Positions 1 to 13,137 are shown, counted from the stretch's first letter. The stretch is DNA of 64,000 bases from Leucoraja erinacea (GCF_028641065.1 NC_073384.1:41850001-41914000); one strand, 5' to 3'. The notes: a model not told the origin generated them from the letters alone. Made by a program: numbers and translations.

Positions 1-59
1 ACAGACCAAATAAGTCTAAGGGAAAGATAGATGGGGAGATTTCTAACCGCTATTCAGCC

Positions 60-850
60 CTTTTTTTACGCGGCCGCTGAGAGTATGGGGACGGTGAGAG
101 ATGGTGGTGATAGTAGTGTTTGATGATAGGCTAGTTGCCTGCTTGAATCAGCGAGGCTGGATTAAAGCGCAGGAGGGAAAAGTCTGTACATGACGCAACT
201 GTGCCCCTGAAAACGTGCACCCGCGGTCCGGTCACTGTTCTCACTTGTTTCCGGGAGATCCTTTGAGAAATCAAAAGCATCCCGACATCTGGGCTACTGA
301 AATGCGAATAACTACTCCCTCCCTTTCCACTCTCAGTTGGACCGAGTTTTCCTAGAAAAAGAGAGTAATTTTAATCCAATCCACACATCATAGCGTATCA
401 CAACACGTACGTAGCTCTTTCGGACTCTAACATAGATTTAAATTGAGCCGCGAGTCAAACCAGGTTTGCCATATTTGATTAGCAATTCGAGGCAGTGAAA
501 TTGACCCAGGCGCCTGTCTGTCGAGTTGGTGACCTTTCGCCTCCACACTTACTGCTTGACCCTCTGAATGTTTCCTCTGAATTGCCCCTTAGATGGGTAA
601 AGTGGGAAGGAAGAGGCGCAGAGTATTTACAGAGGGATGAACAAAACGTGAATTTGAGAAAACTTGATTGAAACCAATATATTCTCATTGTTGTAGTTCA
701 GTTCAGACCAGGAAAGGGCACTGACGGCCTTTCGACTGGAGCGTGTGTTGACACTTAATTTTCAGTTCAGAATAATTGGTATAGGTGCAAATTTGGAAGT
801 GCGTAGAGCGTACACATAGAGGCGGGACTGGGAACATTGGGTATCAAGTC
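60..850. promoter_or_regulatory. CpG-enriched unique sequence, possible flank of a CpG island or promoter
   Basis: Many CpGs (acgcggccgc, cccgcggtccgg, gagccgcgag, gaggcggga) relative to the CpG-depleted unique DNA elsewhere; no recognisable repeat. Confidence 0.3.
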
Positions 851-1219
851 AGATTTAAAGACTTGAAGAAAATTTAAAGAGGCTCATAACATTAGGTGTC
901 CACATTATGAAAGCCTGGAAAAATAATGCAGGTGATTCAGAGCCAAAGGTTAAAGGAGGGACAGACTAGACCTGACCAGACCGAAGGAAAGGGGGCTAGG
1001 GAGTTAGTCCTGATCTTGGAGGAAGTAATGGATTTGCCTTGCAGCTGAACCATTGTTTGCTGATTTTCTTGGCCGGGTTTGGTCAGTGTTACTCCACCAC
1101 ATCAGCCCTGTAGGTTAGCAGTGCACCATGCAAAGAGATAGAGCCCAGCTTTGGGTTAAAAGTCTCTCTTTTAGCTCAGATAAATTTTGCTCTTCTTTAT
1201 GGCAGACGAGGCAGGATCC

Positions 1220-1221
<2 letters not shown>

Positions 1222-1249
<28 letters not shown>
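1222..1249. repeat. (GA)n microsatellite
   Basis: agagagagagagagagagagaaagagag. Confidence 0.9.
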
Positions 1250-1250
<1 letters not shown>

Positions 1251-4200
1251 ATCAGAGTTAACACTTCATGGTACATTCTGATGAATGGCCAGTCACCCAA
1301 AACTTTACCTCCATTTCCCTTTCCAGAGGTTCTGCCTGACCAGCTGCAAATGCCCAGGGTCATCCCTGGGTTTTTTATTTGCAATCACTGCCTATTATTG
1401 CAATGTTCTAACAAAATGCAGCTCTGTAACTGGAGATAGCCCTACTGAAGATGACTTGGCTCAGCATCCAGTTCAGAGCCTGTGAAGGCTGTTCCAAATA
1501 GACATTGGTGGGTAATATTGCCAAAGGCTTGACGATAAGGTTGGTGCCAAGTGCAGTCCACTGCCTGCCAACCATCCCCACATCCCTTCCTTTCATGCCT
1601 GGCTTAATTGCCATTGAGTTGTTCTGAGCCAGCACCCAATATTATGGTTAATCAGTCATTCAGTTATCACGATGTTGTCATTGAGCCTGATCTCCCACTT
1701 GCAGTTGGGAAGAGGAGCCCCAGTTTGCAGTAACTGTGCATGAAACCATGGTATGTTAATCGTGTCCACTGGTACAGGCCTCTGAAAACCTGCTACTGGG
1801 CACTGAATAATACTCGAGCAGCTTGAATTGCCGAGCATTCCTCAGTCAATCTTCTTTCCAGACAAGTCAAATGTCATATCAATGTCAGCAGAGGACCAGA
1901 TGGGCTGCTAGCAATCATTTATTTTAAATGATTAACATGAAGGTTTATGAGAACCCAAAGTGCCAATAGAAGAAAAATAAAGGGAACAGTGAAATGACAA
2001 CTGACAAGTGAAGGATTGAAGCTATTTGCATTGGCCATTTAGATCAGCTACTTCCCTCGTAACTGGGGCATCATTCAGACAGATGTTCTGTGTGCCCAGC
2101 GAATGGAAATGTGTGCGAGCTTATCACATCACCAGGTTTGTTTGAGGTACATACGCCCATAATCACCGGCCACGCCACTGGGAATGAAATGGCAGTGAAA
2201 ATTGGGCAGAGTTCCACCCATTTCATGTTGCAATAAAAGATGACTAATGGAAGCAAGCAAGAACAACGCAGGGAGCAATTGTGGGAAATGTTAGGAGTGA
2301 ATGAGAGAATGTTACATGGTAAGCAATGTGAGAGAGAGAAAGGACACGTTTATGTTTGGGGGGGAAAGTGTGCGAGGAAGCATGCGAGTAAACCAGAGAG
2401 AAACAGAGTGCAATTCTGGATTGAAAATGCTTTTAAGAGATAGAATAAGGAAGCAGTAGAGAGGATGCAGAAGGGAGAAATAGTACAGGAAATTAAAGAG
2501 AGATAAAATGATAGAGATTTGTGAAATTGAGAGCTGCATGAACAGAATAAAGAATATTCCAAGGGAGAGAATGATTAACAGCCAGTGAATGAGGAAGAGA
2601 TCATAAGGTGCAGAAAGAGAAATAGAAAAGATGAACATTAAAACAAATGCAGAGACGCAGGTAAAGAAATTAAAATGACTTGGACTGTCTTCGAGACAAG
2701 TTCTTGATGCACAGGTGTTTGGCTGATGAAAAAAATATTAGAGATGCACGAAGATGACAAGAATTGAGATTAGGTTAAAGGGAATTAAATTATATCTTTG
2801 TACATTCTGAATAAAGTCTTGCTGAAAGAAAAATCACTGTTTTAAGCCTAACCATGTATTGATACGTGAAAGGTGATTTCATTGATACATAAAAAAGAAT
2901 GGAGATTGAAAATGATGTATAAAGGAAAACAGGAAAGTGTGGGGAAAATCTATATTGCATTTCACATTAAATGTTTTCATAAAAATGTTGAGTAAAACAA
3001 CTTAAAATGAAAGGTTATTGCTTATGCCATGAGGTTGTATCGGCAATATATGTTTTTTTGTACGTAGTATGAACATTGCTTATGTTGCGATCTTGGTGTA
3101 AATTGTGGATCTTATCCAAGAGCTTCATTGATCTGGTGCTTTCAAACATGTGTGGCAGCAGTTTCAACATATTATCTCTTCATTACAATTCACCTCTCCT
3201 AACTGCCTTCCTTTCATACACTTTCCCATAGCCCCATTTAAACTCGGAGTGTGTCATAATTGCATTGCCTTCAGCTTGAAAAAAAGTCAGTCATTCATTT
3301 TCTCTGTGATCCCTCTAATTTTCAACAAAGGAGCAGCATATTCGGGAAATACTGCATCATGGATGTCATTTACCTGGTCACTTAACAAATATTGTTGTAG
3401 TGTTGTGGCAACATTTGTATTCCATCCTTAATTAAGTGATATTGATGGTTCTCTCTGAAGGCTAGCACAGTCTCAATGGGCCGAAGGATCATGTTTTGTG
3501 TTGCATGGTTTCACAGTTCTAATTCACCAATAGTCAATGGTCAAAGATAGACACAAAATGCTGGTGTAACTCAGGAGGACAGATAGCATCTCTGGAGAGA
3601 AGGAATAGTGACGAGACCCTTTTCAGACTTTCTATCTTCAGTTTATAACCATATAACATATAACAATTACAGCACGGAAACAGGCCATCTCGGCCCTACA
3701 AGTCCGTGCCGAACAACTTTTTTCCCTTAGTCCCACCTGCCTGCACTCATACCAAAACCCTCCATTCCCTTCTCATCTATATGCCTATCCAATTTAAAGT
3801 TTAAAGCCGCATCTGCAGTTCCTTCCTACACTGGTCAATGGTCACTCAAGAATGCGCTAAATGTACCACGTAAAAGAAGGGTTGGACATTTCATTTTAAG
3901 AGCCTCATTAAATGGAATCAGTTGTCAAAACTGTAATGTGATTGGTGCTAATTTATGTTTTATTTAGGATTGTCAAATTACTGATGCAAAGAGCAGGAAT
4001 AATGCAAAGGACATAGAGACTTTCTAAGTTAAACAAAGAGGGGAAGGTTGCATTTTATTCAAAATCAAAAATTTCAAAGTGCTGGAGCAATTCAGCGGGT
4101 TAGGCAGCATTTCTGGACTCGGACAGGTGACGTTCTGGGTCTGGACTCTTCTTTGGCATTTTATTCAATTTTTGAAACCTGTTTGTATACCAGTGAATTG

Positions 4201-4623
4201 TGCACCTTGTGTTATCGAGTCAAGCTATCCTCCACTTCTGCTTGCTGGGTGAGTTGCACTTTGCTGTGCTGAGGTGAGGATCCTGCTTCGATTCATATTG
4301 AGTTGTGAGTTGGGAAAAGCGATCTGTTTGTTGCAGGAAACTGTGAACAAACAAGGAATATTATGGAAGTGCAGACTCAACATCAGAACGGATTAAACAT
4401 AAATAAAACATCAGAAATAATGTCAGCATTCTAAGCAATGCCGCATCCCAAAGATTTACGACATTGCTTAATGAAGTAACCCTTTAGGATACTATGATGA
4501 GAAAGTGGGACAACATAGAACTAGTGTGAATGGGTGATTGATGGTTGGTATTGCCACTGTATCTGTACACTAAACCATCCCAATGGGTTAATTTCTTCCG
4601 ATGATACAAAATGTATGTGCACC

Positions 4624-5040
4624 TTGCCGGGTCTAGATGGCCCGAGCTCTAGGGAGAGCTGGAGCAGGCTAGGACTCTATTCCTTGGAGCGCAGGAGGAT
4701 GAGGGGTGATCATATGGAGGTGTACAAAATCATGGGAGGGTATTCACACAGTCTCTTGCCCAGAGCCAGGGAATTGAGAGCCAGAGGACATGGGTTTAAG
4801 GCGAGGTAGGGAAACCTTTAATAGAAACCTGAGGGGTAACTTTTTTACATAAAGGGTGGGGGGTGTATGGAATGAGCTGCCAGTGGTAGTTGAGGCAGGT
4901 ACTATTACAATGATTAAGAAACATTTAGACCAAAGGACAGGTTTAGAAGGATGTGAGCCTAATACAGGCATGTGGGACTGCTGTGGATTGGGCAAGTTGG
5001 GCCAAAGGACCCGTTTCATTGCTGTATGACTCTATGACTC
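4624..5040 (+). mobile_element. CR1 LINE 3' fragment
   Basis: Translates to LGLYSLERRRMRGD.MEVYKIM (CR1 ORF2 C-terminus), followed by 3' UTR and (tgactcta)n tail. Confidence 0.85.
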
Positions 5041-5502
5041 CAGATGATTCTCTATGATGCTCAATGCTCATAATGTTTCAATCCCACTGGTAGTTGTAGG
5101 CTTAGTAATGCTGCTGCTTTAGTCTCCTTGGTGCTCTGATTCATACAAAAATGACTATACAGCAAATATCCAGTCTGCATGCCATTGGTAATTGCTGAAT
5201 GTGAACATTTTGAACATGAATTGCTCCGACTGTCCAATACATGGCTCAAAAGTATGTATCCCTTGGTTGTTTTCATGACAGGTTTGTTCCAATATTGAAC
5301 CCAAAGCACATGCATAGTATGTGTTGTACCCAATCTTAATAAGGATATTATTATGAGCTAAAGCCAAGTAGGCAGATCATTATATCAATCTATGGGCAAT
5401 GTTGTTTTGACACCACATTCCTGCCCATCCCCATTCCGATCTTTTAACTTTGCAAAGTGAACATTCAATTTCAGAAGGAACATCCATCAACCATATTTAA
5501 TT

Positions 5503-5875
5503 TAGACTTTAGAGATACAGAATGGAATCAGGCACTTCGGCCCAACAAGTCCATGCCGACCAGCGATCACCCTGTACACTAGCACTATCCTACACACTAT
5601 GGACAATTTACAATTTTTAACCAAAGCCGATTAATCTACAAGTCTGTACGTCTTTGGACTGTGGCAGAAAACCCACGAGGTCATGGGGAAGTATAAACAA
5701 AATGGTGGAGTAACTCAGGGGGACAGGCAGCATCTCTGGAGAGAAGGAATGGGTGACGTTTCGGGTCAAGACCCTTCTTCAGACATCATGGGGAGAACGT
5801 ATATACTGCGTACAGACATTACCCATAGTCAGGATCGAACCTGGGTCTCTGCCGCTGCACCACTGTGCCACACAG
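5503..5875 (-). mobile_element. HE1-type V-SINE interrupted by a Penelope-terminus unit
   Basis: Matches the other SINE copies in the window; foreign insert at ~5698-5785. Confidence 0.85.
5751..5784 (-). ncRNA. Minimal hammerhead ribozyme motif (Penelope-type), catalytic core intact
   Basis: Minus strand gt-CTGAAGA-a-GGGTC-tt-GACCC-GAAA-C-GTC-accc: CUGANGA box, helix II, GAAA box, palindromic ACGT helix III, GUC cleavage triplet; helix I is only 2 bp. Confidence 0.65.
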
Positions 5876-6431
5876 TTTTACTCAATTTAATCAATAGCAA
5901 CTTGCAGGTTAGTGATTGATTCAATTATGCTGCTGTGATTCGACGTTGTTGAGTTCTCTAACATGTTTTTAAAGTTGCTGTGGTAGGAGGGAGACCTGTG
6001 ATGGATGCTTAAATAGTTAGTCTTGAATCTTCAACTGACTCTGTGCGCATTGGTAGGCACACCACTTGGGGTAAAGTACATTGAGGAAATTGAGCATATG
6101 GCATACAGAAGAAAAGGAGATTTGGAACACGGATGATGAGATGGGGAGAAAGCTCCCCCTAGCATGAGTCCAGATCATTCAACGTATCATGGAAGCAATT
6201 GTCCTACCAGGATCCCAGCAAGAAAGTGTCAGTGATGTCTGTGCTTCAGTGAAGACATCTTCATAAATGATAGCTACCTGTACCAGCATCAGAGCAGGGC
6301 ACAGACTGCTCTGCCTGTGGCTCTTAAGATTAGCCTGGCAATAGGCTGTTACCTGTGGGGATATTTCCAGTCTGGAGCTGTAGATATTTGTAACATCTAA
6401 TTTTACCTTATGTGCAAGGAGGTTACTGATG

Positions 6432-6767
6432 TGTGTTGGAAGCAACTGCAGATGCTGGTTTAAACTGAAGATAGACACAAAATGCTGGAGTAACTCAGCG
6501 GGACAGGCAGCAGCTCTGCAGAGAGGAAATGGGTGACGTTTCGGGTCGAAATCTTTCTTCAGACCAAGGGGAAAGGGAAACTAGAGATATAACTGGCGAT
6601 GTAGAGAGACACAGAACTAATGAATGAAAGATATGCAAAAAATCAGCCATGATAAAAGAAACGGGCCATATTTAGCTGTTTGCTAGGTGAACAAGAAGCT
6701 GGTGTGACTTGGGTGGAGAAGGAATGGAGAGAGAGGGAATGCAGGGTTTACTTGAAGTTAGAGATTA
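6432..6767 (-). mobile_element. Penelope-like element 3' end / pLTR fragment
   Basis: ORF-end motif (tctctaacttcaagtaa on minus), 3' UTR, degenerate hammerhead and the shared terminal unit. Confidence 0.75.
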
Positions 6768-6861
6768 CTGATATCCACTATTTTCAAAGTGCTGATAGCG
6801 TCTAGTTTTATTGTCCTTGACCAGAGAGAGCAGCAGAAGTGAGTGTATTGTTTTACCTGGC

Positions 6862-7020
6862 AGGACTCAAAGTGCTGGAGTAACTCAACAGGTCAGGCAG
6901 CATTTCTGGAGGAAGTGGATAGTGACGTTTTGGTTCGGGACCCATCTTCAGTCTCGATCACCTGTCCACGTTCCCTTGCCATGCTGCCTCTCCAGCTGAG
7001 CTACCCCAGCACTCTGTATC
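6862..7020. repeat. Fold-back pair of Penelope-terminus units
   Basis: caaagtgctggagtaactca...tgagctaccccagcactctg inverted arms. Confidence 0.7.
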
Positions 7021-7547
7021 ATCTTCTAATCATACTAACCTCTGCATATTAACCTACAAATCTTGATTGCACAGAGAGCTGCTGGCAATGGCATCTTCTT
7101 GTGTCCACTCGTCTCTGACTTGCATGCCTGCACATTGAAACCTGACGTACCGACACAAAACATCACCTATCCAAGTTCTCCAGACACTCTGCCTGACCCA
7201 CTGAGTTACTCTAGCACTTTGTATCCTTTTGTGTATTGACCAGCATCTGCAGTTCTTTGTCTCTACACTCTGGTGTCAGCAGGCTTGCAGGTTTGACCCT
7301 GTGGAATAGTGCCTTGGCTTCATTCCCTTCCCATTCCCTTCTATGTCACTTTACTTGGCACTCTGGCAGGAGAAAGGATGAATCTATAGTGAGGGGAATG
7401 GGTAGGAGGGAGGTGTATAAGAGAGTGTACAAAGTAAGGCATGAAAGTTGTAAGCAGATGAGATGGCAGAACAAGGATGGGGGGGGAAGGGATGTGCGAA
7501 GGATATAATGTGGGTGGAGCATCATTGTCAATCATTCCTGCCCCACT

Positions 7548-7856
7548 GACTTTAGACTTTAGATATACAGCATGAAACAAGCCCGTCCGCCCACCGAGGC
7601 CATGCCGACCAGCGATCACCCCGTACACGAGCACTATCCTACACATTAGGGACAATTTACAATTTTATCAAAGCCAATTAACCTACAAACCAGCACGTCT
7701 TTCGAGTGTGAGTGGAAGCCAGAACATCCAGAGAAAACACACGCAGTCACGCGGAGAATGTACAAACTCCGTACAGACAGCACCCGTCGTCATGATCGAA
7801 CCCGGGTCTCTGGTGCAGTAAGGCAGCAACTCTACAGCTGTGCCATCATGCTGCCC
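7548..7856 (-). mobile_element. Full-length HE1-type V-SINE
   Basis: tRNA-like head with A box (tggcacagctgtag) and B box (ggttcgatc), V-domain core, CR1-derived tail and (ctaaagt)n end. Confidence 0.9.
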
Positions 7857-8381
7857 CATTGCTGGTGACTTTGCAAGCGCTGGCTTGGGAATGATAACCC
7901 AAACTACGGTGAGTGCATCTTATTCCATGGCAATCAGCTGATGAAGAGGCTCCTGTCCTTCTCCTTGGGATTCTGTATCATCTGCTCCGGCAAAAGTACG
8001 GGGGCAAGTTGGTGAGTGTTGTGCAATGTGCTTGGCTCATGACTATCTGGAATATCTGGAAGTGCGTACAAGCATGGAGAGGTTGGGATGGGGCTTGCAG
8101 CAGTTATAAGTGCTTGAGAATGCAGTGGAGCAAATTAATATGCTGTCTGCACTGAAAGCTCCAAGGACGGATTGACTGTGCACTCTGCTGCTAGTGTATC
8201 CCTGTTCACCTCTGAGCCATAAACATTCAAAGAATGCCCGGTTTAATTTTTGTTCCGTGCTGCAATAAATAGAGTTAGTGATATTGTCTGTCATTGTATG
8301 CACCTTCACATAGTCAACTCCATTAATTTATGTTGCACCACACATTTGTGTCAGTAAGATCTGGGAATCATAGAACACAGT

Positions 8382-8668
8382 GGATGGCACGGTGGTGCAG
8401 TGGTAGAAGCCCATGTTCCATCCTGACTATGGGTGCTTGTCTGCACTGAGTTTTGTATGTTCTTTTGTGACTACATTGGTTTTCTCCAGGTGCTCCGGGT
8501 TCCTCCCACATTCCAAAGATGTGCAGGTTTGTAGGTTATTTGGCTTCTGCAAATTGTTCCTAGTGTGTAGGATAGAACTAGTGTATGGGAGATCGTTGGT
8601 TGGTGCAGACTCGGAGGGCCGATGGGCCTGGTATTGTGCTACATCTCTAAAACTAAAACTAAAAACTA
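8382..8668 (+). mobile_element. HE1-type V-SINE
   Basis: ggcacggtggtgcagtggtag head, gtgctccgggttcctcccacattccaaaga core, (aaact)n tail. Confidence 0.88.
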
Positions 8669-9137
8669 CCATAGAAGAGTACAGCACAGGAAGAGGCCAT
8701 TTAGCCCATTTTGTCTGTGCCAAACATGATGCCAAGATTAACTAATCTCATCAGCCATATATATTTAGATCTCAAGGTGGTCTCTGACTTTCTTAAATTT
8801 GGCTTGGACAATCATACACCTGTGTTTCTGCTATGAAAAGTGTTGACATTTATAAAATCCCTTTCACAAGCACAGTACACCCTAAAATGCCTAACTGGTC
8901 AATAAACAACTTTTGTAGGGAACAATGTTGGGAGGCACAAACCTTATGTGGGTGTGAAACAAAAGGACTATGGCATAGTGATGATCTATCACAGCCTTTA
9001 TCTTGGCCTCAGCTTGTGGATTTACTGCAGGTGAGGATGCTTTTGTGGCAGCATGATAATTTCTGCAGCACTAGTAATTTTGGCTTCAGATGAAAACTGA
9101 ACTGGTGATTAGAATAAATCAGCCTTTTAAATCACAC

Positions 9138-11002
9138 TGTGTAAGAAAGAATTACAGATGCTGGTTTAAGTCGAAGGTAGACACAAAATGCTGGACTAAC
9201 TCAGCGGGTGAGGCAGCATCTCTGGAGAGAAGGAATGGGCGACGTTTCAGGTCGAGACCCTTCTTCAGACTGATGTCAGGGGAGGGGGCAGGACAAAGAT
9301 AGAGTGTAGGCGGGAGGGAAAACTGGGAAGGGGTTGGAGAGAGAAGGCAAGGGCTATCTGAAATTAGAGAAGTTAATGTTCATACCGCTGGGGTGTAAAC
9401 TACCCAAGCGAAATATGAGGTGCTGTTGCTCCAACTTGCACTGGGCCTCACTCTGACAATGGAGGAGGCACAGGACAGAAAGGTCAGATTGAGAATGGGA
9501 GGGGGAATTGAAGTATAGAGCCACCGGGAGATCAGGTTGGTTAAGACGGACTGAGCGGAGGTGTTCAGTGAAACTCGCCGAGCCTGCGCTTGGTCTCGCC
9601 GATGTAGAGAAGTTGACACCTGGAACAGCGGATACAGTAGATGAGGGTGGAGGAGGTGCAAGTGAATCTCTGCCTCACCTGGAAAGAGTGTTTGGGTCCT
9701 TGGACGGAGTCGAGGGGGAGGTAAAGGGACAGATGTTGCATCTGTTGCGGTTGCAGGGGAAAGTACCTGGGGAGGGAGTGGTTTAGGTGGGAAGGTACGA
9801 GTTGGCCAGGGAGTTTTGGAGCGAACGGTATCTGCGGAAAGCAGAAAGGGAAGGAGATGGGAAGATGTGGCCAGTAGTGGGATCACGTTGGAGTTGGCGA
9901 AAATGTTGGAGGATTATATACAACGGCTGATGGGATGGGATGGAAAGTGAGGACAAAGGGACTCTGTCCTTGTTACGAATGGGAGGAGGAGGAGTAAGAG
10001 CAGAGCTGCGGGAAATCGAGGAGACCCTAGTGAGAGCCTTATCTATAATGGAAAAGGGGAACTCCCGTTTCCTAAAGAATGAGGACATCTCCGATGCTCG
10101 GATATGGAACACCTCATCCTGGGTGCAGATGCGGCGTAGACGGAAGAATTGGGAGTTGGGGATAGAGTCTTTACAGGAAGCAGGGTGGGAAGAAGTGTAG
10201 TCAAGATAGCTTAGGGAGTCAGTAGGTTTGTAGTAGATGTCAGTCAACAGTCTGTTTCTTGTGATGGAGACGGTGAGATCTGGAAACGGTAGGGAGATGT
10301 CCAAGATGGTCCAAGTGAATTTGCGTGCTAGATGGAAATTAGTGGTGAAGTCGATGAAGTCAGTGAATTCTGCTTGGGTGCAGGAGGTAGCATTAATGAA
10401 GCGGAGGTAGAGTCTGGGGATAGGGCCAGTGTATGCCTAAAACAGGGATTGTTCGACGTACCCAACAAAGAGGCAGGCATAGCTAGGGCCCATGTGAGAG
10501 CCTATAGCTACGCCTTGGATTTGGAGGAAGTGGGAGGAGTCAAAGGAGAAGTTGTTGTGGGTAAGGACCAGCTCTGCTAGGTGGAGGAGAGTATTAGTAT
10601 CAAACTGGCTGGTTCTGCAGTCGAGGAAGAAATGGAGGGCTTTAAAACCCTCCTGGTGGGGGATGGAGGTGTAGAGTGACTGGACATCCATGGTAAAGAT
10701 GAGGGAGTGGGGGCCTGAAAAATGGAAGTCATTGAGGAGACGAAGAGCATGTGAGGTGTCTTGGACATGGGTAGGGAGGGATTGGACCGGGGGGAATAGG
10801 ATGGAGTCGAGGTATGTGGAAATTAATTTGGTGGGACATGAACAAGCAGTACCAATGGGTCTGCCAGGACAGTTCTGTTTGTGAATTTTGGGGAGAAGAT
10901 AGAATCGGGCTGTTCGGAGCTGGTGAACGATAAGGTTGGAGGCAGAGGGCAGAGAGCCGTTTGTGATGAAATCAGTAATGGTGCTTGAGATTAAGGCCTG
11001 GT
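9138..11002 (-). mobile_element. 5'-truncated Penelope-like retroelement (Neptune-type): RT, Cys-rich linker, GIY-YIG endonuclease, 3' pLTR; disrupted by stops and frameshifts
   Basis: RT motifs FYLLPKIHK..PGRPI, TMDVQSLYTSIP, QIQGVAIGSHMGPSYA; linker TFPCNRNRCNICPF; endonuclease LIYCIRCSRCQLLYIGETKRRL; ORF stop at 9354-9356; hammerhead motif at 9237-9272. Confidence 0.93.
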
Positions 11003-11758
11003 CCACTCCTTTAAATCACACTCCTGCCTTTTGCAACATTGTTTATTGCAGCAGTTCTATTTTGTAAGGACCCCTTTTAAAATTCTAAAACGCAGAATGG
11101 CAAACCGCAAATAGGAAAGAATGCCCAGCAATCAGCTGAGATGTGAAATAAGGAAACATTTGCTGGAATTGCTTGCAAAGTGAAAGGACGTGTTTCGATT
11201 TAGGTCTCCTTTCTTCATTATGAATTGTTTCTGTTTAGATGTTGGGAGCATATGTAAATACATTTGTGTGGAAATATATTCAATTACAGAACACACTGTT
11301 TATTGTCGCTGCTGGACAGGCGGTTAGGATTTAACTCACTAAATTATAGAAGCTGGTTTTGAACTTCTATTTTGTTTCATTTAGAGATACAGCGTGGAAA
11401 CAGGCCCTTCGGTCCATTGAGTCCATGTTGACCATCAATCACCCATACACTAGCTTTATCCGACACACTAGGGACAATTTATTGTAACCATTTAAGCTAC
11501 AGACCTGCATGTAATTGGAATGTGGGTGGAAACTGGAGCACCTGGAGAAAATTCAAGTGGTCACAGGGACAAACTCTGTACAGACAGCACCCGTAGTCGG
11601 GATCAAACCCAGGTTATTCGGTTAGTAGGGGCCTTTCGGCCCCTATTACATATATCCCTCCCTCTGGCTTTATGTTTCACTCATCATTTTTCCTAATCTA
11701 ACACCCTTTTGTCTCCTTTTTATCTCAAGCTTTTGTCACTCTGCACATCTGCCAATAA

Positions 11759-12045
11759 GGACAGCACAGTGGCGCAGCAGTAGAGTTGCTGCCTTACAGC
11801 ACCATAGACACGGGCTTGATCCTGACTGCAGGCGCTGTCTTTTTACGTTCTCCCTGTGACCGCGGAGGTTTTTTCCGGGCTTTCTGGTTTCCTTCCACAT
11901 TCCAAAGATGCGCAGGTTTGTAGGTTAATTGGCTTCTGTAAATTGCCCCGAGTGTGTAGGATGGAACTAGTGTATGGGTGATCGTTAGTTGGCGCAGACT
12001 TGGTGGGCCAAAGGGCTTGTTTCCACGCTGTATCTCTAAAAAAAA
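11759..12045 (+). mobile_element. HE1-type V-SINE
   Basis: tggcgcagcagtagagttgctgccttacagc head, V core, CR1 tail; an oppositely oriented copy lies at ~11380-11612. Confidence 0.88.
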
Positions 12046-13137
12046 TTAACCTCCCCCGTTTCACGTATCCACTGTCTGAAGAAGGGTCTCGACCCAAAAC
12101 GTCACCAATTCCAGAGAGAGAGAGAGAGAGCCGCTCCCAGCTCTCTTTTCCAGCTTTCTTTCCACTGCTTCAATCAGACAGCATTACAAGAGATCATTGA
12201 TACTGTAGCTAACTGGTCGGGCAGCATCTCTGGAGAAAATGGATGGGTGATGTTTTGCATTGGGAACCTTCTTTTACTGACTATAGTTGGGAGGGGGGGT
12301 GGACTGGATGCAAGAAAAGACCAGGACAAAGGACGGAGCAACTGTGTATTTCATTTTGTTTCATGTCATAGCAGCAGAATTAGACCATTCAGTCCATCGT
12401 CCATTCCGCCATTCAATCATGTCTGATCTTCTCCCCATAACTCGTACTAATCAAGAATCTGTCAATCTCTGCCTTAAAAATATCCAATTATTCTTATAAT
12501 TCATGAACTTTCATATTCTAATTAAACTCCAGCATTTTATAAAGTCTGAGGAAGGGTCGTGACCAGAAACATCACCTGTATGTGTTCTCCGGAGATGCTG
12601 CCTGACCCGCTGAGTTACTCCAGGACTTTTTTTCTTCTGTAAACCAGCATCTGCAGTTCCTTGTGCCTAGTAGTATGATCAGGCTGGGTGGCACCTACTC
12701 TAACAAGCTCTGCTCCATCCGTGGGTGATACACACTATGGAGGTGCTCACTGCCCTGTTCAATGAATTGCTGGACATTAAATGGGCCACTGGGAAAACGT
12801 TCAAGTGGAATTATAACGTGCCAAGGATGGAGTTGATCTGGAGATGTTCTTCTGACCATAACCCAGAATTTACTCTATCATCTTCAAACTCCACCATTAT
12901 CTTCGGTAATTGCCACTGACATAATCCATTTTTCTGTAGAGAAATTTTGAAAAATACGAATTACATAGCTACTTAATCATGTAGACAAGAAAACCAGTGC
13001 ACTATGCCATTGGCCTATTATCTATTAGTAACATTTTTGGTCATTATGATTTGTGGAAATCTAACTGCTTGCAAGAGAATATTCCCAGGAGGACTGACAA
13101 CCGACATGTGTAAATGTGGAACTCACTAAAGGATTTG

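Noticed and set aside
2240-2700. Hydrophobic 108 aa ORF (2312-2638) as a membrane protein
   Set aside because: Produced by a purine-rich low-complexity strand; no splice or homology support
12690-12935. Minus-strand exon after tttctctacag
   Set aside because: All three frames stop early and no recognisable peptide results
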